A stretch of 64,000 nt of DNA, taken from Candidatus Omnitrophota bacterium. GTDB lineage: Bacteria > Omnitrophota > Gorgyraeia > Gygaellales > Profunditerraquicolaceae. Below, in pieces: positions 48,649 to 60,981 of the stretch; position 1 is the first letter of the stretch, and each line of letters begins with the position of its first letter. The position numbers were made by a program, and so were the translations under genes. The stretch spans positions 4,766 through 68,765 of the forward strand of contig JBEKHW010000001.1 in NCBI GenBank assembly GCA_050012075.1, written 5' to 3'. Below the pieces are notes generated by a model. It was given only the letters and a program-made list of their open reading frames with translations. It was not told where the DNA came from and did not search any database.

Positions 48649-50043
48649 TTAGTTAATTATTACTTCTTCGTCTTTATAAGGTAAGTACGCCTCGATATTC
48701 TTTTCCTTAAGCGCATCCCGAAGCGCCTCTGACTGGTCCTGGTCTCCGTGGACGAGGAACACTTTTTTTAGAGGGAGGCAGGCAGAAATGAAATTTATCA
48801 GGTCATTTTTATCGGCATGCCCAGAGAATGAGTTTATTACCTCTACTTCTGCGTTTAATTCATACTCCACTCCGAATATGCGCACAAAAGGAAACTTTTC
48901 CACGATCCTTTTACCGAGGGTATCCTGCGCCATATATCCTACCACGAGGATCGTGTTGCGGGAATCCTCAATATTATTCTGCAGGTGATGCAAGATCCTG
49001 CCGGATTCGCACATGCCGCTTCCGGCGATGATAATCATCGGCCGCTTGTCATTATTCAGTGCCTTTGACTCTTCTTTGTCGCGTATGTACCTTAAATTCA
49101 GGAAATTAAACGGGCTATCGCCGCTGTTAATTGCCTGCGATATCTTCTTCTTCATATAGCCTGAGTGATGCTCAAAGGCATCTGTAATAGCGGTGGCCAA
49201 GGGGCTATCCACATATACAGGGACTACGGGAATGGCTTTTTCCTTAATCAGCTCGCTTAAGAAATAAACCACCTCCTGCGTCCTCTCCAAGGTAAACGAT
49301 GGAATAAGTATTTTGCCTTTGCGCGCGACCGTGCGATTGATCACCTCTTTTAACTTGGTTTTTGCTTCTTCTATAGGCGCGTGCAGCCTTCCTCCATAAG
49401 TACTTTCAATAATCAGGTAATCCAGGCCTTTTAACTTTGCCGGGTCATTGAGTAAAGGCAACCCCTTCCTGCCAAGGTCCACCGCATAACCGATTCTTGA
49501 CATACCGCTGTCCTCCTTTATATCCAACACGATAATTGCGGAACCCAGGATATGTCCGGCGTCATACAGAGTAACCCAGGTATCCTTGGTCAGACATAGT
49601 TTCTGCCCATAGGATATAGGACGGATCTTTTTTGCGGCCTTACTTGCTTCTTGACTGGTATAAAGGGGTTTTCTTAATCCAAGCCCCAGCCTCTTATTAA
49701 TTTTATTTACATACTTTATATCTTCTTCCTGTATCTTTCCGGAATCTTCAAGCATAATCCTGCATAAATCCTTGGTAGCAGACGTAGCATAAATCCTGCA
49801 GCGAATGCCTTGTTTCACCAGGCTCGGCAAATTCCCGCAGTGGTCGATGTGCGCGTGGGAGAGGATAACGGCGCTAAGCAGGCGCGGGTTATAGTGAAAA
49901 GTGGTATTCACCTGATAAAACTCGTCGCGTCTGCCCTGGAATAACCCAACATCAAGCAGGATATTGGAACGGGCAGTACTTATCAAGTGGCTGGAGCCGG
50001 TAACCGTGCGTACGCCGCCCAGGAATTTTAATTTTATCGCCAT
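48649..50043 (-). CDS. beta-CASP family MBL-fold ribonuclease (RNase J/CPSF-like)
   Basis: HAHIDHCGNLP metallo-beta-lactamase motif 2, followed by beta-CASP motifs and a C-terminal RNA-specificity domain. Confidence 0.7.
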   Translation of the reverse strand: MAIKLKFLGGVRTVTGSSHLISTARSNILLDVGLFQGRRDEFYQVNTTFHYNPRLLSAVILSHAHIDHCGNLPSLVKQGIRCRIYATSATKDLCRIMLEDSGKIQEEDIKYVNKINKRLGLGLRKPLYTSQEASKAAKKIRPISYGQKLCLTKDTWVTLYDAGHILGSAIIVLDIKEDSGMSRIGYAVDLGRKGLPLLNDPAKLKGLDYLIIESTYGGRLHAPIEEAKTKLKEVINRTVARKGKILIPSFTLERTQEVVYFLSELIKEKAIPVVPVYVDSPLATAITDAFEHHSGYMKKKISQAINSGDSPFNFLNLRYIRDKEESKALNNDKRPMIIIAGSGMCESGRILHHLQNNIEDSRNTILVVGYMAQDTLGKRIVEKFPFVRIFGVEYELNAEVEVINSFSGHADKNDLINFISACLPLKKVFLVHGDQDQSEALRDALKEKNIEAYLPYKDEEVIIN

Positions 50044-50048
50044 AGAAG

Positions 50049-50738
50049 TTAATCTTTCTTTCTTAATTTAAGCAACACCAGGATTACCAATAATACATAC
50101 ACCAGGCTAAAAAGCAAGAGTATTTTGTTAGTGGCGAAATATTCAACCACTGCCCCCGGATTCCTGATAATTTTGGTGCCCACACCATAAAGGATATATT
50201 CTATCCAGAACATCTTTATGGGAGAGCCTATCACTACCGCTATCAGGTATTTTCTAAAACGGATCCTGGTAAGCCCGGCGGCCAGGTCCATAAAACGGTA
50301 AGGAATGAGTGGCGCTACCCTGAAGATAAAAAGCCAGAAAAAGCTGATATCGCCTATCTTGCGGTCAAGGGTCTTATATTTCCCCGTAACCTGTTTTGAA
50401 ACATACGCCCTTCCCAGATAGCGCGCCAGATAAAAAAGGATAAAGGCGTTGATTATTTCAGCTATACAAATAAAGAGGGTGGCTAAAACCGGCTTAAAGA
50501 TTACTGCAGCTAAAAGCCAAAGCACATCCTTGGAGAAGAATATAAAAAACGTGATGACAACATAAAAGAAAATATATGAAATCCCGCTGTACCACAGGGG
50601 AAATTCAAGAAGAAATCTCTGAAGGCTCGCAGTATCCGGACGCCAGTTCCTTCCCATATACCAGGTTAAAAACACAAAGAGCAGAAAAGTAACAAACCCC
50701 AGTTCGTGCCGCTGTTTTCTAGTAAGGGATAATTTCAT
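50049..50738 (-). CDS. TVP38/TMEM64 (DedA-like) family membrane protein
   Basis: Polytopic membrane protein with the conserved RxxPxxP.. / G.T.I pattern of the family. Confidence 0.55.
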   Translation of the reverse strand: MKLSLTRKQRHELGFVTFLLFVFLTWYMGRNWRPDTASLQRFLLEFPLWYSGISYIFFYVVITFFIFFSKDVLWLLAAVIFKPVLATLFICIAEIINAFILFYLARYLGRAYVSKQVTGKYKTLDRKIGDISFFWLFIFRVAPLIPYRFMDLAAGLTRIRFRKYLIAVVIGSPIKMFWIEYILYGVGTKIIRNPGAVVEYFATNKILLLFSLVYVLLVILVLLKLRKKD

Positions 50739-50769
50739 TCTTCCGGAGAATCATAAGGCAGGCGTGCTT

Positions 50770-52440
<1,671 letters not shown>

Positions 52441-52563
52441 TCACCTCTTCTTTGAAGTTAGCTGTAGTATAGCATATTTTGCGTTGAAGTCAATATTTAA
52501 AGAAAAATCCCGGCTGGATAAACATAGCCGGGATCTTTTCAAACGGATACAGCTAAACGCTTC

Positions 52564-55500
52564 TTATCGGGAATCCATGACTACGAGAAACGCCTTTAAT
52601 TCAGGGCGCGTCTCTACTACGCCATCCTCCTGCATTCTCAATAAATCACTTAAGGCGCCCGCTGCCTCTTCTATCTGGGCGTCATCATTGCCCTTTACAT
52701 AACAGGCTGTTATATATTCCATAACCCTCTGTTCGGAAGGGATAATGCCCGCATTAAGCATCTTTCTGATCTGAACGGCTTCGTTTTCAATATCCACGCG
52801 CTTAAGGGTATCAAGCGCTGGCATCTTGAAATTTGCTTTTAAATCCGCCAGTTTCGCCTGGGTCGCCAGGTTAATGTAACGAAAATCAATACCGCCGGGC
52901 CTGTTATCACTCTGCAATGTTGCCGGAGATGCTGCCCTTGCCACTGTAATATCCTTATCCGTGGCAATCCTCATCCATTCCTTAGTTATCTTCAGGCAGT
53001 CGGCATAAGCGGTCTTCTTTAACTCATTCAGTTGAGGTCTAGCCATATTCTTTGTTTCAAAAAACAGGTGCGAATAGAAACGCAGCTGTGGCCCGGTTCC
53101 CGACGGACGGTCGGTTATATAGCTGGTCTTATCCTGGTTAAAATAGAATCTTATACCTGCATCAGGATAGCCGCGATAATCCAAATCCTTATCATATTTA
53201 CCGGAGATAAAGGGAGTTTGTTCATCTACGTCGTATAGCTTATAACCTACGACCTGTGGATTGCCTCCACTTCTTATTGTCTCTCTTACAGCCGGCTGTA
53301 AATCTTTCTGCAAGAAACTTACTGCCGCTATCTTTGCCGCTGTCCCCGGGACTGAAACCTCATATTCAATGGGGAAATTAGTAGTTGCCGCAAATCCCAC
53401 CTTAAGATTGATCTCATCAAGAAAATCATTCAGGGTCCTTCCTTGAGCACGGAGAGCACTGGCAATCTCTGCCACCCTGACGCCTGCCAGGAATCCGTCT
53501 TTATCGCGGATATGGTTACCCGTTGTATAAGTGCCGCTCTCTTCGGGCCCGGCAACCACGTCTCTACCCTTCTCCTCTAATTTGACTATTTCGGAAGCTA
53601 CCTGGTCAACTCCTACCGGCTTGACAACTACTTCTACCCCAAATAACTCTGCTATCTTCTGTATCTGTAAAGTAGTAACATGGGTACTAACCAAGATATG
53701 CTTTTTAGGGTCGAGTTTTCCCTGGGCCTTTAACCAGTTAAGGTCATAGTAGATAATAAGCGCGTTCCATTCATTGGGAGGGATAACCCGGAAACCGCCA
53801 AAGCCATATCTTGCTTGCTCATCCTTGTTAAGCTTGACCACGACGCCCATTGTCTCGGCAACAGCATCATCTTCAGGTATCTCTTCGGCGCTTACCCTGA
53901 CCACCAGACCAAACCTGTCTGCGTCAGGGTCGCTTGCAGTAAAGAAATCCTTTTTAAGCAGCTCTTCCCTGCTGTGGTTACTAAGATATGCGGTTATGGC
54001 CTTCTTCCAGGATATAACTAAGGCCGGGTCAGGCGGCTCCATATCGGCAAATTCGGGGAATGTGCCGTCTAACTCAGCCATCTTGTCTATTATTTCGACG
54101 TTAAAGCCCTTTGCCCGCAACGCGCGCGGCATTGCCTTTATGCCTGCGCCGTGGAAAGAACAATAGAGGATATTTATATCCTTGGCATACTTCTTGATTA
54201 CATCCTCATTCTTAATGTGTTTTAATATTGCCTCTGCATGTATAGTATGGGTATCTACCAGGCTGTGGTTGCCATAATCAATATCCGGAAGTTTTTCTTT
54301 TCCACCCATAAATACTAATTGCTCAGACGGAGTTTCATAAGGCACCTTATCCAATAGATCATCTACTTCCTTAAGCTTAGCGCTCCTGAATTCTTTCATT
54401 ACCGCTGTGCGCATTGCCTCATCCGCTCCCAGCTGCATACCGTCTGCGCCGATTAATTTTACGCCGTTATCCAGCTTGACATTATGGCTGGCAGAGACAA
54501 ATATACCGATAGCTGCTTTGCCTCCTGATAACTTCTGGAGGGAAGCGGAGAACTCCGGAAGGGGCATGGTTTCATCGGAAACATACACCTGCACCCCAAA
54601 TGCCAACCCTATATTCTTGATTATCTCGGCAAATTCCTTTCCGGCTATCCTGCTGTCGTAAGCAGTGAACAATTTCAGGTCTTTCCTATTTAAAGAGGGG
54701 TTCTCACTTTCCAGCCATTTCAATATTCCCAACGTAAACTTACGTAGGACCTCATCATTAAAGGTATTGGGCCCTTTCAGTAAAGGCACTTTTAAACCTC
54801 TGCCCTGTTTAGCCGCCTCTGCTACTTTCTTGAAATCTGCACCAAAGGCAAATCTCCCGCGTACCCCAGCCGTGCCATAAGGTATATTGTCAAAAAACGC
54901 CTGCGCAATCTCTGCCCAGCGGCCGTCTTTTATAGCTTCCTCTATACCTTTATATGTACTTTCGGTTACATAGGGGTCGGTGTACCATTCGGCAAGGTTT
55001 GGGATGACATTTTTCATCCCCTTTTCATAGTCCTTCGCCGGTATCTTCCGGTTGGCGAATTGCGTATAAAAGTAATCTTCTATGGCTACAGCTGAAGGCC
55101 TGATGATCTTTTCCAGATTTCCTATCCTGGTTAACTCATCCGGTGACTTACCTCTATAAGTAGCAAGTAAGTTATTTACCAACTGGTTGGGGTCTACGCG
55201 GTTCAATTCCCCGGTAGTCGGAGAGCTGGCATAGTGGGGGCCTGCTGCGGTTTCAAAGAGAACTTTCGCGCGGTTAAAAATACGGGCGGCAGTCATCATG
55301 CCGTCAGGCGTTGAAATATCAGGCAGCATCAATATCGCTACATCCTTATGGAAGCTTTTCTTATAAGAATTGCCTTTATAATCTATGGCGTCAGTCGTCA
55401 CTCCGCCGCTTAGGGACTTGAACTCTGCCTGCACAAATCCCCGGCGTACTTCGTCGGTATACATCCCATCAAGATAATCATTGGCAAGGCCGTAGGTGCT

Positions 55501-58500
55501 GATTTTTTTCTGCGTTTTAACTACCCGCTCATAAGGCATTACTACATCAACCAAGAGTGTTGAGACGACATCCTTTCCGTCGTGGCGATGCTGGAAATTG
55601 GCATGCTGGTCGCGTGTGCCTATGCCGTAATCTATATCCTGCAAAAATTCACCAAGGATATCTGCTTCTGGGCTCGCAGTGTAAAAGACCGAACTTAAGA
55701 CTTTATCCCTGTCCTTGGCAATCAGCTTAAGCGCAGCTATCTCTTCTGCCGCCTTCTCAATCTGGAAATCCGACATATTTTTCCCGAAACCGCTTATCTT
55801 CTGGTATAGGGTGTATATCTGTTTATCCACATCTTCAATGCGCCTCTGAAGCTGTAATCTTTCGCCTGCTCTCTTCAGTTCTACCGATAGATCCGCGATC
55901 TTGTCTTTAAGGCCTTTTATCTTTTTCAATGTATCCAAGAACTCCACTTCACTTACCTCTACGGTTCCGCCCTTGGCTAATTCAGCTTCGGCAAGTTTTT
56001 GCCGTGCCCAGGCAATTTCTAAGCGCGCCTTACCCAATAGCTTAACCTTTGAATCCTTATCCAAGCTTTTGCTTCCGGTCTCATCGGCTATATTTATTTC
56101 ATCATAGTCAATATATTTTTCTTGTCGAATACGCTCTTCAGCTTTCTGGTATCTGGCTTTGATCGCCTCATCCGACTTATCCAGCGCATTCAAAATAGTG
56201 ACTAGGACTCCCTTAGCCAGTTCAACCATCGGCTGGTTCTGCGGGTCCCTTAGCCACCAGAAATTCGGCTTACCGTCTAGAACAGGTTTGTTCATTAAAG
56301 AAGCGCCTACTTTTGGTATGGTTAGCTCAAGATTATTCTCTTTAGCCATATCCGCTAAGCTAAGAAGCCCGTAACGCACGGTAAACTCCTGGAACCAGAG
56401 GGCAAACTTGGCATTGGCAAGAGGGGATATTTCTTCCTTGAAATAACGGATTACAGGCACGCCTTCCGGTACTGCCATCGGCGCCATTCCTGCCTGGTCT
56501 ACTACAACTACCAACGGCTCTGTGCCAGTCTGTAACTTTATCTGCTCTACTTTTCTTTTAAGCTCTTCTTCACCTATGCTGGTCACAACCCATATCCCCT
56601 GTCCGTCTTTACCATTGCTCTCGGGGAACAACTGCTCTTTTTGCAATGCCTCTGAACGGGCATTGGAGCCGCGCACCGCAACTATCATAAATGAAGGGTC
56701 AAGGTAATACGCCAGTGTCGCTGCGCGTAAGGCGCTGTTTTTCTTAGGGTCGTTCCCGGCTTTACCAAGGTATTTTTTCGCCTGTTCCTGCAAAGCATCG
56801 CGGTCTACAGCTACGCCCTGGAAGACCTGGGTAATATCACCGGTCTCGCAGTTCTCGGTAAACCTGCCTCCGGTAAATTCCGAGAAATCAACTGCCGCGA
56901 TATCAGCGATATTCAATTCTTTCATGCCAAGGACAAATGCGTAGAGCCGGCTTGCCGCGGCATTCCTGGAGGTGCTGAAGATTATCCTGTCAAAAACTGC
57001 AGAGATGACGGACTGCTCTTGCGCATTAAACAGCTTGTTGAACTCCGCCTTGGACATGCCTTTAAAAAGCTGGTCCTTTTGTTTCCCCTTGTTAAAGTCC
57101 TTGAGAAATTTGTTCCATTTATTGACCATGGCTATGGCGCCCTCATTGTCCATGCCTTTTTCTATTGCCATAAGCCGCAGGAATTCATTTATTGCTTCCT
57201 GATATAAACTGAGGGGTTCATCAGTCCCGCCTGATTTAGAGCTTACATGCAGGACTATCTGGGTTATCTTGTAACCCTGACGAAGGAGGTCTTGGAATAA
57301 TTCGCTTACGCTTCTACCAAGCCTGTCCAGGACAATAACATTGGCGTCGCTATCTGTCCCCCAATACTCTACCTCTACGCTATTAGACATCCCCTGTCCG
57401 CCGATACCGAAATGGATCATCAGCCTGGCACCATCTGCTTTCTTTTGCTTAGTCCAAGTCACTATAAACTGATGATTATCTACCCGCAATGCGCCACTGG
57501 CGTCTTTATAACCAAAGCGGGAATTCAACTGGCCGGTCGGTTCCGGATACATTGCTTCTTCTCCGCTTGCTTCATAATCAGCTGCCAATTGTAGGCGGCC
57601 GTTAACAACAGAAGCAAGGTCTTCAAAATTAAACCATTCCCGAGGCCCTTCAAAAGATATTGCGGCATCCGAAAAACGCTGGAATTGCGTTGCAGGAGAA
57701 GAGGCTTTTTCATATTTAGCGTGGACTTTTGTTGCGATCTGGTTAATAGCCACTACAAGCTCACCGCTTCTGTTCTCAGGATGAGCTTTCGTCTCTTCCA
57801 GCTGTTTAATAAATAACGGATTCTGGGCTCTTAGCGCGTTAACAATTTCTCTTCTTTCCTGCACGACACGAAGTAATTCTTTATCTAATTCCGCATCACG
57901 GTTAGAAGACAACAAATTTACATCCAGATATATCTGCGCTCTACCCAAACTATAGTGGGTTCTCTGGCCCTTGATGAATATTAAAGTAAAATCCCGCCAA
58001 AATATCTGGTCATCAAGCTTCGTTATCCTGGAAATGGCTGCTTTTACAGTCTCAAGCTGTTCCTCATTAAGCCGTATCTTTTGTTGTTCAACCGATACCG
58101 TAGCTGTAAAGCCAAGTGGTTCCCCTTCAAAAACAATAGAATCTTGAACAACTCCCCAGTTGTGTTCTTTTGGCACCCCAATACGCCTGGTAAAAGGAAG
58201 ACTTACTCTAGCAGCGGCAAATTCGCCTCTTTGAATGGCCAGGCTTATCTCCTTATTATAATCCTCATTTAGCAATACCCAGTCCGTTGCTTCTGCCGGG
58301 GAAGAAGCTCTTACATATCTATCATGGACTTCTGTTGCAACTTCGTTAATAGCTTTTCTAAGCTGGGAGCTTCTTCTTTCAGGATGGGCTTTTGTGTTTT
58401 CCAGCTCTCCGATAAATGCCGGATTCAGGGCTTTTAGCTTGGCGCGGATTACTTCTCTTTGCGCCACTGCATTATTTATTTGCCTATTTAACTCTATTTC

Positions 58501-60720
58501 GCGGCCGGGATTTAATAAATTCAAATCCAGGTATATCTGAGGCCTACCTATACTGAAATGGGTCGTCTGATCTTCGATAAATATTATGGTAATATCCTGC
58601 CACTCTAATTTATCATTAAGGCCGCGTGTTTTATAAACGGCTGTATCTAACGCCTTAAGCTGTTTCTCGTTAAGCCGTATCTTCTGTTGGTCAGCAGAGA
58701 CTGTAGCTGCAAAACCAAGGGGTTCCCCTTCAAAAATAACAGACCATTGGAGCGGATGTAAAGCCCCATCCGGAACAATTGCCCCTTCAGATATACGTAT
58801 CATTTTAACAGCGGCAAATTCGCCTTTTTGGATAAGGGGACGCATCGTCCGGGTATAGTCATCATTTATCGCTTCCCAGGTAACCGCTGCCGGAGAAGAG
58901 CCTACATACAAATTATCCTGTTTAACGTTAACGCCTGTTGCGACCACGTTAATAGCATTTATCAGCTCAAGGCTTCTTCTTTCAGGATTAAGCTTAGTTC
59001 TTTTCAATTCTTCGATAAATTGCGGATTCATGGCCCTTACCATTGCAAGGACTTCTTTTCTTGCTTCCATCCCGCGAAGCAATTCCTTTATTAATTCCGA
59101 TTTACGGGAAAAAGCCGGGGCATTATCCAATAAGCTCGCATCCAGGTATATTTGGTCTCTGCCTATGCTGTAATGGGTTTTTTGGCCCTTGATAAATATT
59201 AAGGTAATGTTCTCCCGATCCAATTCCGCGGCAAAGTCGCTTCCGATCGCAAAAATGGCTTCAACTAAAACCTCAAGCTGATTACTATTAAGTTGTATGT
59301 TTTGTTCTTTGATAGCCACCGTAGTTGAAATGCCAAAGGGTTCTCCTTTTGTGAAAACAAGGGGGCATTGTAAAGGTCTCAGGGCCTCGTGTATTAGGCT
59401 ACCTGAAAGAGGGCTTAGCTTAACAGCGGCAAATTCCCTATTTTCTATCGCCTTACGTATCGCTTGATTAACTTCATAATTGACCAACTTCCAATCAACG
59501 TCTGTAGCCGAAGAAGAACCTTTCTTTTTTTCTTTATTATCAGCGGCTACTTCGGGCTTAAGATTCTTGTCAGGGCCGACAAGATAAGTTACTGCTTTTC
59601 CATCCGGACCGACACTAGCTTTTAGGACTTTACCGGTTAAAGCCCCTGTTCCACCTATTCCTGTGGTGATAAATATAGTGCTAAAATTAGCTCCTCCGCT
59701 AAAATAGCTGCGGATTACCTTGCCGCCGGCAGTATTGACCGGTTCCTGCAGGTTGTATTCTCCTTCTTGAAATGACTTCTTGTAGGCGTCAAAATATGTC
59801 TTTGGCGACCAGTTTTGCGCCGACGCCAGGCCCGTAAGGTCTTTTTTGTCTATCCTGGTTGCGTAGGTGCCTTTACCATTACTGAATTTACCCTTAAAGT
59901 ATTGCGCCAATATCAGGGAATAATAAACCTGGCGTAATTTAGCGTAGCGCAAAGAAGTATTCACTTCCTTGGTAAGCTGCGGGATTATGAGTTCCCGTAT
60001 AAGCTGTGAGGAATATTCATTGAGCGCTTTTTCGCGGCTGTCCTTGAAACTATATGCGTTTGAACCCTTAATATAATCCTGCTCCAACATTACTTTCAAC
60101 GTGGCCTTGTAGACATAGGCCTGTGTATCGGAATAATTAAGGATGACCTCTCCGGGAACGATCCAGGGACGTGTAAGCGTGGGGATAGTGACTATGGTAG
60201 AGGCGCCGTAAATCTCGTCTGCCTTCTTATAAAGCTTCTCCCAGTAGGCCTTACCTGTAGGATTAGCAGGAGAAGTAAATGCCGCCGTATCTTTCTTAAG
60301 CTGCAGGTCTGCTTCCAGCATGACCCTGCCCAGTTCAGTCAAAGCCAGGTCCTTGTCAATTATCTTGTTCTCTGAATCCGGTTTTAAGTTTACCCAGAAA
60401 GCGGCATTAGGCAGGCTTATGCCTGTCAGGAAATATTTAAAGGCATCTTTACTTTCGTTATTTATATCGATAACAGCCTTATTCTTCGTATAGCCCTTCT
60501 CAATAAGCAGGCGGAAGGTGCTTGCGGCGTCATCGTAGGCAAAATATCTTAAATGCGGCAGGCGGGTTACATCAGCAAGCTGTGGGCTAAAGGGCTTATT
60601 TAATAGGTAAGAAAGATCAAGCTGGCCAGCCAGTTGCGCAAAACCTGTCTGCTGCAATAAAAGGCAACAGGTTGCTATTGTTGAGATTATTTTTGTAAAT
60701 CTTTGTTTTGCCGTTTTCAT
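52564..60720 (-). CDS. giant secreted multidomain protein (~2718 aa): signal peptide, N-domain, 3 tandem ~195-aa repeats, glucose-6-phosphate-isomerase-like domain, coiled coil, phosphoglucomutase-like domain, C-terminal extension
   Basis: Single stop-free frame. Start set at ATG 60718-60720 behind AGGGAGAAGAGA, giving MKTAKQRFTKIISTIATCCLLLQQTGFAQ (Sec signal-like). PGI boxes: FGIGGQG, VSSKSGGTDEP, GGRFTENCETG, DPQNQPMVELAK. PGM boxes: GTAGVRG, AIGIFVSASHN, GPEESGTY, RPSGTGPQLRFY. Confidence 0.7.
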   Translation of the reverse strand: MKTAKQRFTKIISTIATCCLLLQQTGFAQLAGQLDLSYLLNKPFSPQLADVTRLPHLRYFAYDDAASTFRLLIEKGYTKNKAVIDINNESKDAFKYFLTGISLPNAAFWVNLKPDSENKIIDKDLALTELGRVMLEADLQLKKDTAAFTSPANPTGKAYWEKLYKKADEIYGASTIVTIPTLTRPWIVPGEVILNYSDTQAYVYKATLKVMLEQDYIKGSNAYSFKDSREKALNEYSSQLIRELIIPQLTKEVNTSLRYAKLRQVYYSLILAQYFKGKFSNGKGTYATRIDKKDLTGLASAQNWSPKTYFDAYKKSFQEGEYNLQEPVNTAGGKVIRSYFSGGANFSTIFITTGIGGTGALTGKVLKASVGPDGKAVTYLVGPDKNLKPEVAADNKEKKKGSSSATDVDWKLVNYEVNQAIRKAIENREFAAVKLSPLSGSLIHEALRPLQCPLVFTKGEPFGISTTVAIKEQNIQLNSNQLEVLVEAIFAIGSDFAAELDRENITLIFIKGQKTHYSIGRDQIYLDASLLDNAPAFSRKSELIKELLRGMEARKEVLAMVRAMNPQFIEELKRTKLNPERRSLELINAINVVATGVNVKQDNLYVGSSPAAVTWEAINDDYTRTMRPLIQKGEFAAVKMIRISEGAIVPDGALHPLQWSVIFEGEPLGFAATVSADQQKIRLNEKQLKALDTAVYKTRGLNDKLEWQDITIIFIEDQTTHFSIGRPQIYLDLNLLNPGREIELNRQINNAVAQREVIRAKLKALNPAFIGELENTKAHPERRSSQLRKAINEVATEVHDRYVRASSPAEATDWVLLNEDYNKEISLAIQRGEFAAARVSLPFTRRIGVPKEHNWGVVQDSIVFEGEPLGFTATVSVEQQKIRLNEEQLETVKAAISRITKLDDQIFWRDFTLIFIKGQRTHYSLGRAQIYLDVNLLSSNRDAELDKELLRVVQERREIVNALRAQNPLFIKQLEETKAHPENRSGELVVAINQIATKVHAKYEKASSPATQFQRFSDAAISFEGPREWFNFEDLASVVNGRLQLAADYEASGEEAMYPEPTGQLNSRFGYKDASGALRVDNHQFIVTWTKQKKADGARLMIHFGIGGQGMSNSVEVEYWGTDSDANVIVLDRLGRSVSELFQDLLRQGYKITQIVLHVSSKSGGTDEPLSLYQEAINEFLRLMAIEKGMDNEGAIAMVNKWNKFLKDFNKGKQKDQLFKGMSKAEFNKLFNAQEQSVISAVFDRIIFSTSRNAAASRLYAFVLGMKELNIADIAAVDFSEFTGGRFTENCETGDITQVFQGVAVDRDALQEQAKKYLGKAGNDPKKNSALRAATLAYYLDPSFMIVAVRGSNARSEALQKEQLFPESNGKDGQGIWVVTSIGEEELKRKVEQIKLQTGTEPLVVVVDQAGMAPMAVPEGVPVIRYFKEEISPLANAKFALWFQEFTVRYGLLSLADMAKENNLELTIPKVGASLMNKPVLDGKPNFWWLRDPQNQPMVELAKGVLVTILNALDKSDEAIKARYQKAEERIRQEKYIDYDEINIADETGSKSLDKDSKVKLLGKARLEIAWARQKLAEAELAKGGTVEVSEVEFLDTLKKIKGLKDKIADLSVELKRAGERLQLQRRIEDVDKQIYTLYQKISGFGKNMSDFQIEKAAEEIAALKLIAKDRDKVLSSVFYTASPEADILGEFLQDIDYGIGTRDQHANFQHRHDGKDVVSTLLVDVVMPYERVVKTQKKISTYGLANDYLDGMYTDEVRRGFVQAEFKSLSGGVTTDAIDYKGNSYKKSFHKDVAILMLPDISTPDGMMTAARIFNRAKVLFETAAGPHYASSPTTGELNRVDPNQLVNNLLATYRGKSPDELTRIGNLEKIIRPSAVAIEDYFYTQFANRKIPAKDYEKGMKNVIPNLAEWYTDPYVTESTYKGIEEAIKDGRWAEIAQAFFDNIPYGTAGVRGRFAFGADFKKVAEAAKQGRGLKVPLLKGPNTFNDEVLRKFTLGILKWLESENPSLNRKDLKLFTAYDSRIAGKEFAEIIKNIGLAFGVQVYVSDETMPLPEFSASLQKLSGGKAAIGIFVSASHNVKLDNGVKLIGADGMQLGADEAMRTAVMKEFRSAKLKEVDDLLDKVPYETPSEQLVFMGGKEKLPDIDYGNHSLVDTHTIHAEAILKHIKNEDVIKKYAKDINILYCSFHGAGIKAMPRALRAKGFNVEIIDKMAELDGTFPEFADMEPPDPALVISWKKAITAYLSNHSREELLKKDFFTASDPDADRFGLVVRVSAEEIPEDDAVAETMGVVVKLNKDEQARYGFGGFRVIPPNEWNALIIYYDLNWLKAQGKLDPKKHILVSTHVTTLQIQKIAELFGVEVVVKPVGVDQVASEIVKLEEKGRDVVAGPEESGTYTTGNHIRDKDGFLAGVRVAEIASALRAQGRTLNDFLDEINLKVGFAATTNFPIEYEVSVPGTAAKIAAVSFLQKDLQPAVRETIRSGGNPQVVGYKLYDVDEQTPFISGKYDKDLDYRGYPDAGIRFYFNQDKTSYITDRPSGTGPQLRFYSHLFFETKNMARPQLNELKKTAYADCLKITKEWMRIATDKDITVARAASPATLQSDNRPGGIDFRYINLATQAKLADLKANFKMPALDTLKRVDIENEAVQIRKMLNAGIIPSEQRVMEYITACYVKGNDDAQIEEAAGALSDLLRMQEDGVVETRPELKAFLVVMDSR
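57700..59500. repeat. intragenic tandem repeats (3 units of about 590 bp, roughly 65-70% nt identity) inside the giant ORF
   Basis: Protein repeats EFAAVK..GEPLGF..TV...QKIRLNE.QL......I....L....W.D.TLIFI..Q.THYS.GR.QIYLD..LL in three copies. Diverged nucleotide copies visible around 57.9, 58.5 and 59.1 kb. Boundaries approximate. Confidence 0.55.
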
Positions 60721-60760
60721 TCTCTTCTCCCTAAATAAATGATGCTTATAGTTTTGTTTA

Positions 60761-60779
60761 CTCCGCGCTATGTGCGGAG
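60761..60779 (-). terminator. CATAG-loop hairpin CTCCGCACATAGCGCGGAG between the HD-GYP operon and the giant gene
   Basis: 7-bp GC stem with CAUAG loop, 40 nt upstream of the giant-gene RBS. Same hairpin type as the ilvN terminator at 20962-20989. Confidence 0.45.
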
Positions 60780-60981
60780 CTTCTATACCCCATATAAACA
60801 AAAATCCGGATTAACCCTTTAATGTTAATCCGGTTATGGCTACTTCAGGAAGTAACCCGTGGCGTATTCTAGCGTCCTCCACACCAGAATCACCGGAATA
60901 CTAAATACTTTTTAAAATTACGCTATAAAGTATATACTATACAATAATTTTGTCAAGGCAAAATCTTAAAAAAAATGCCTT

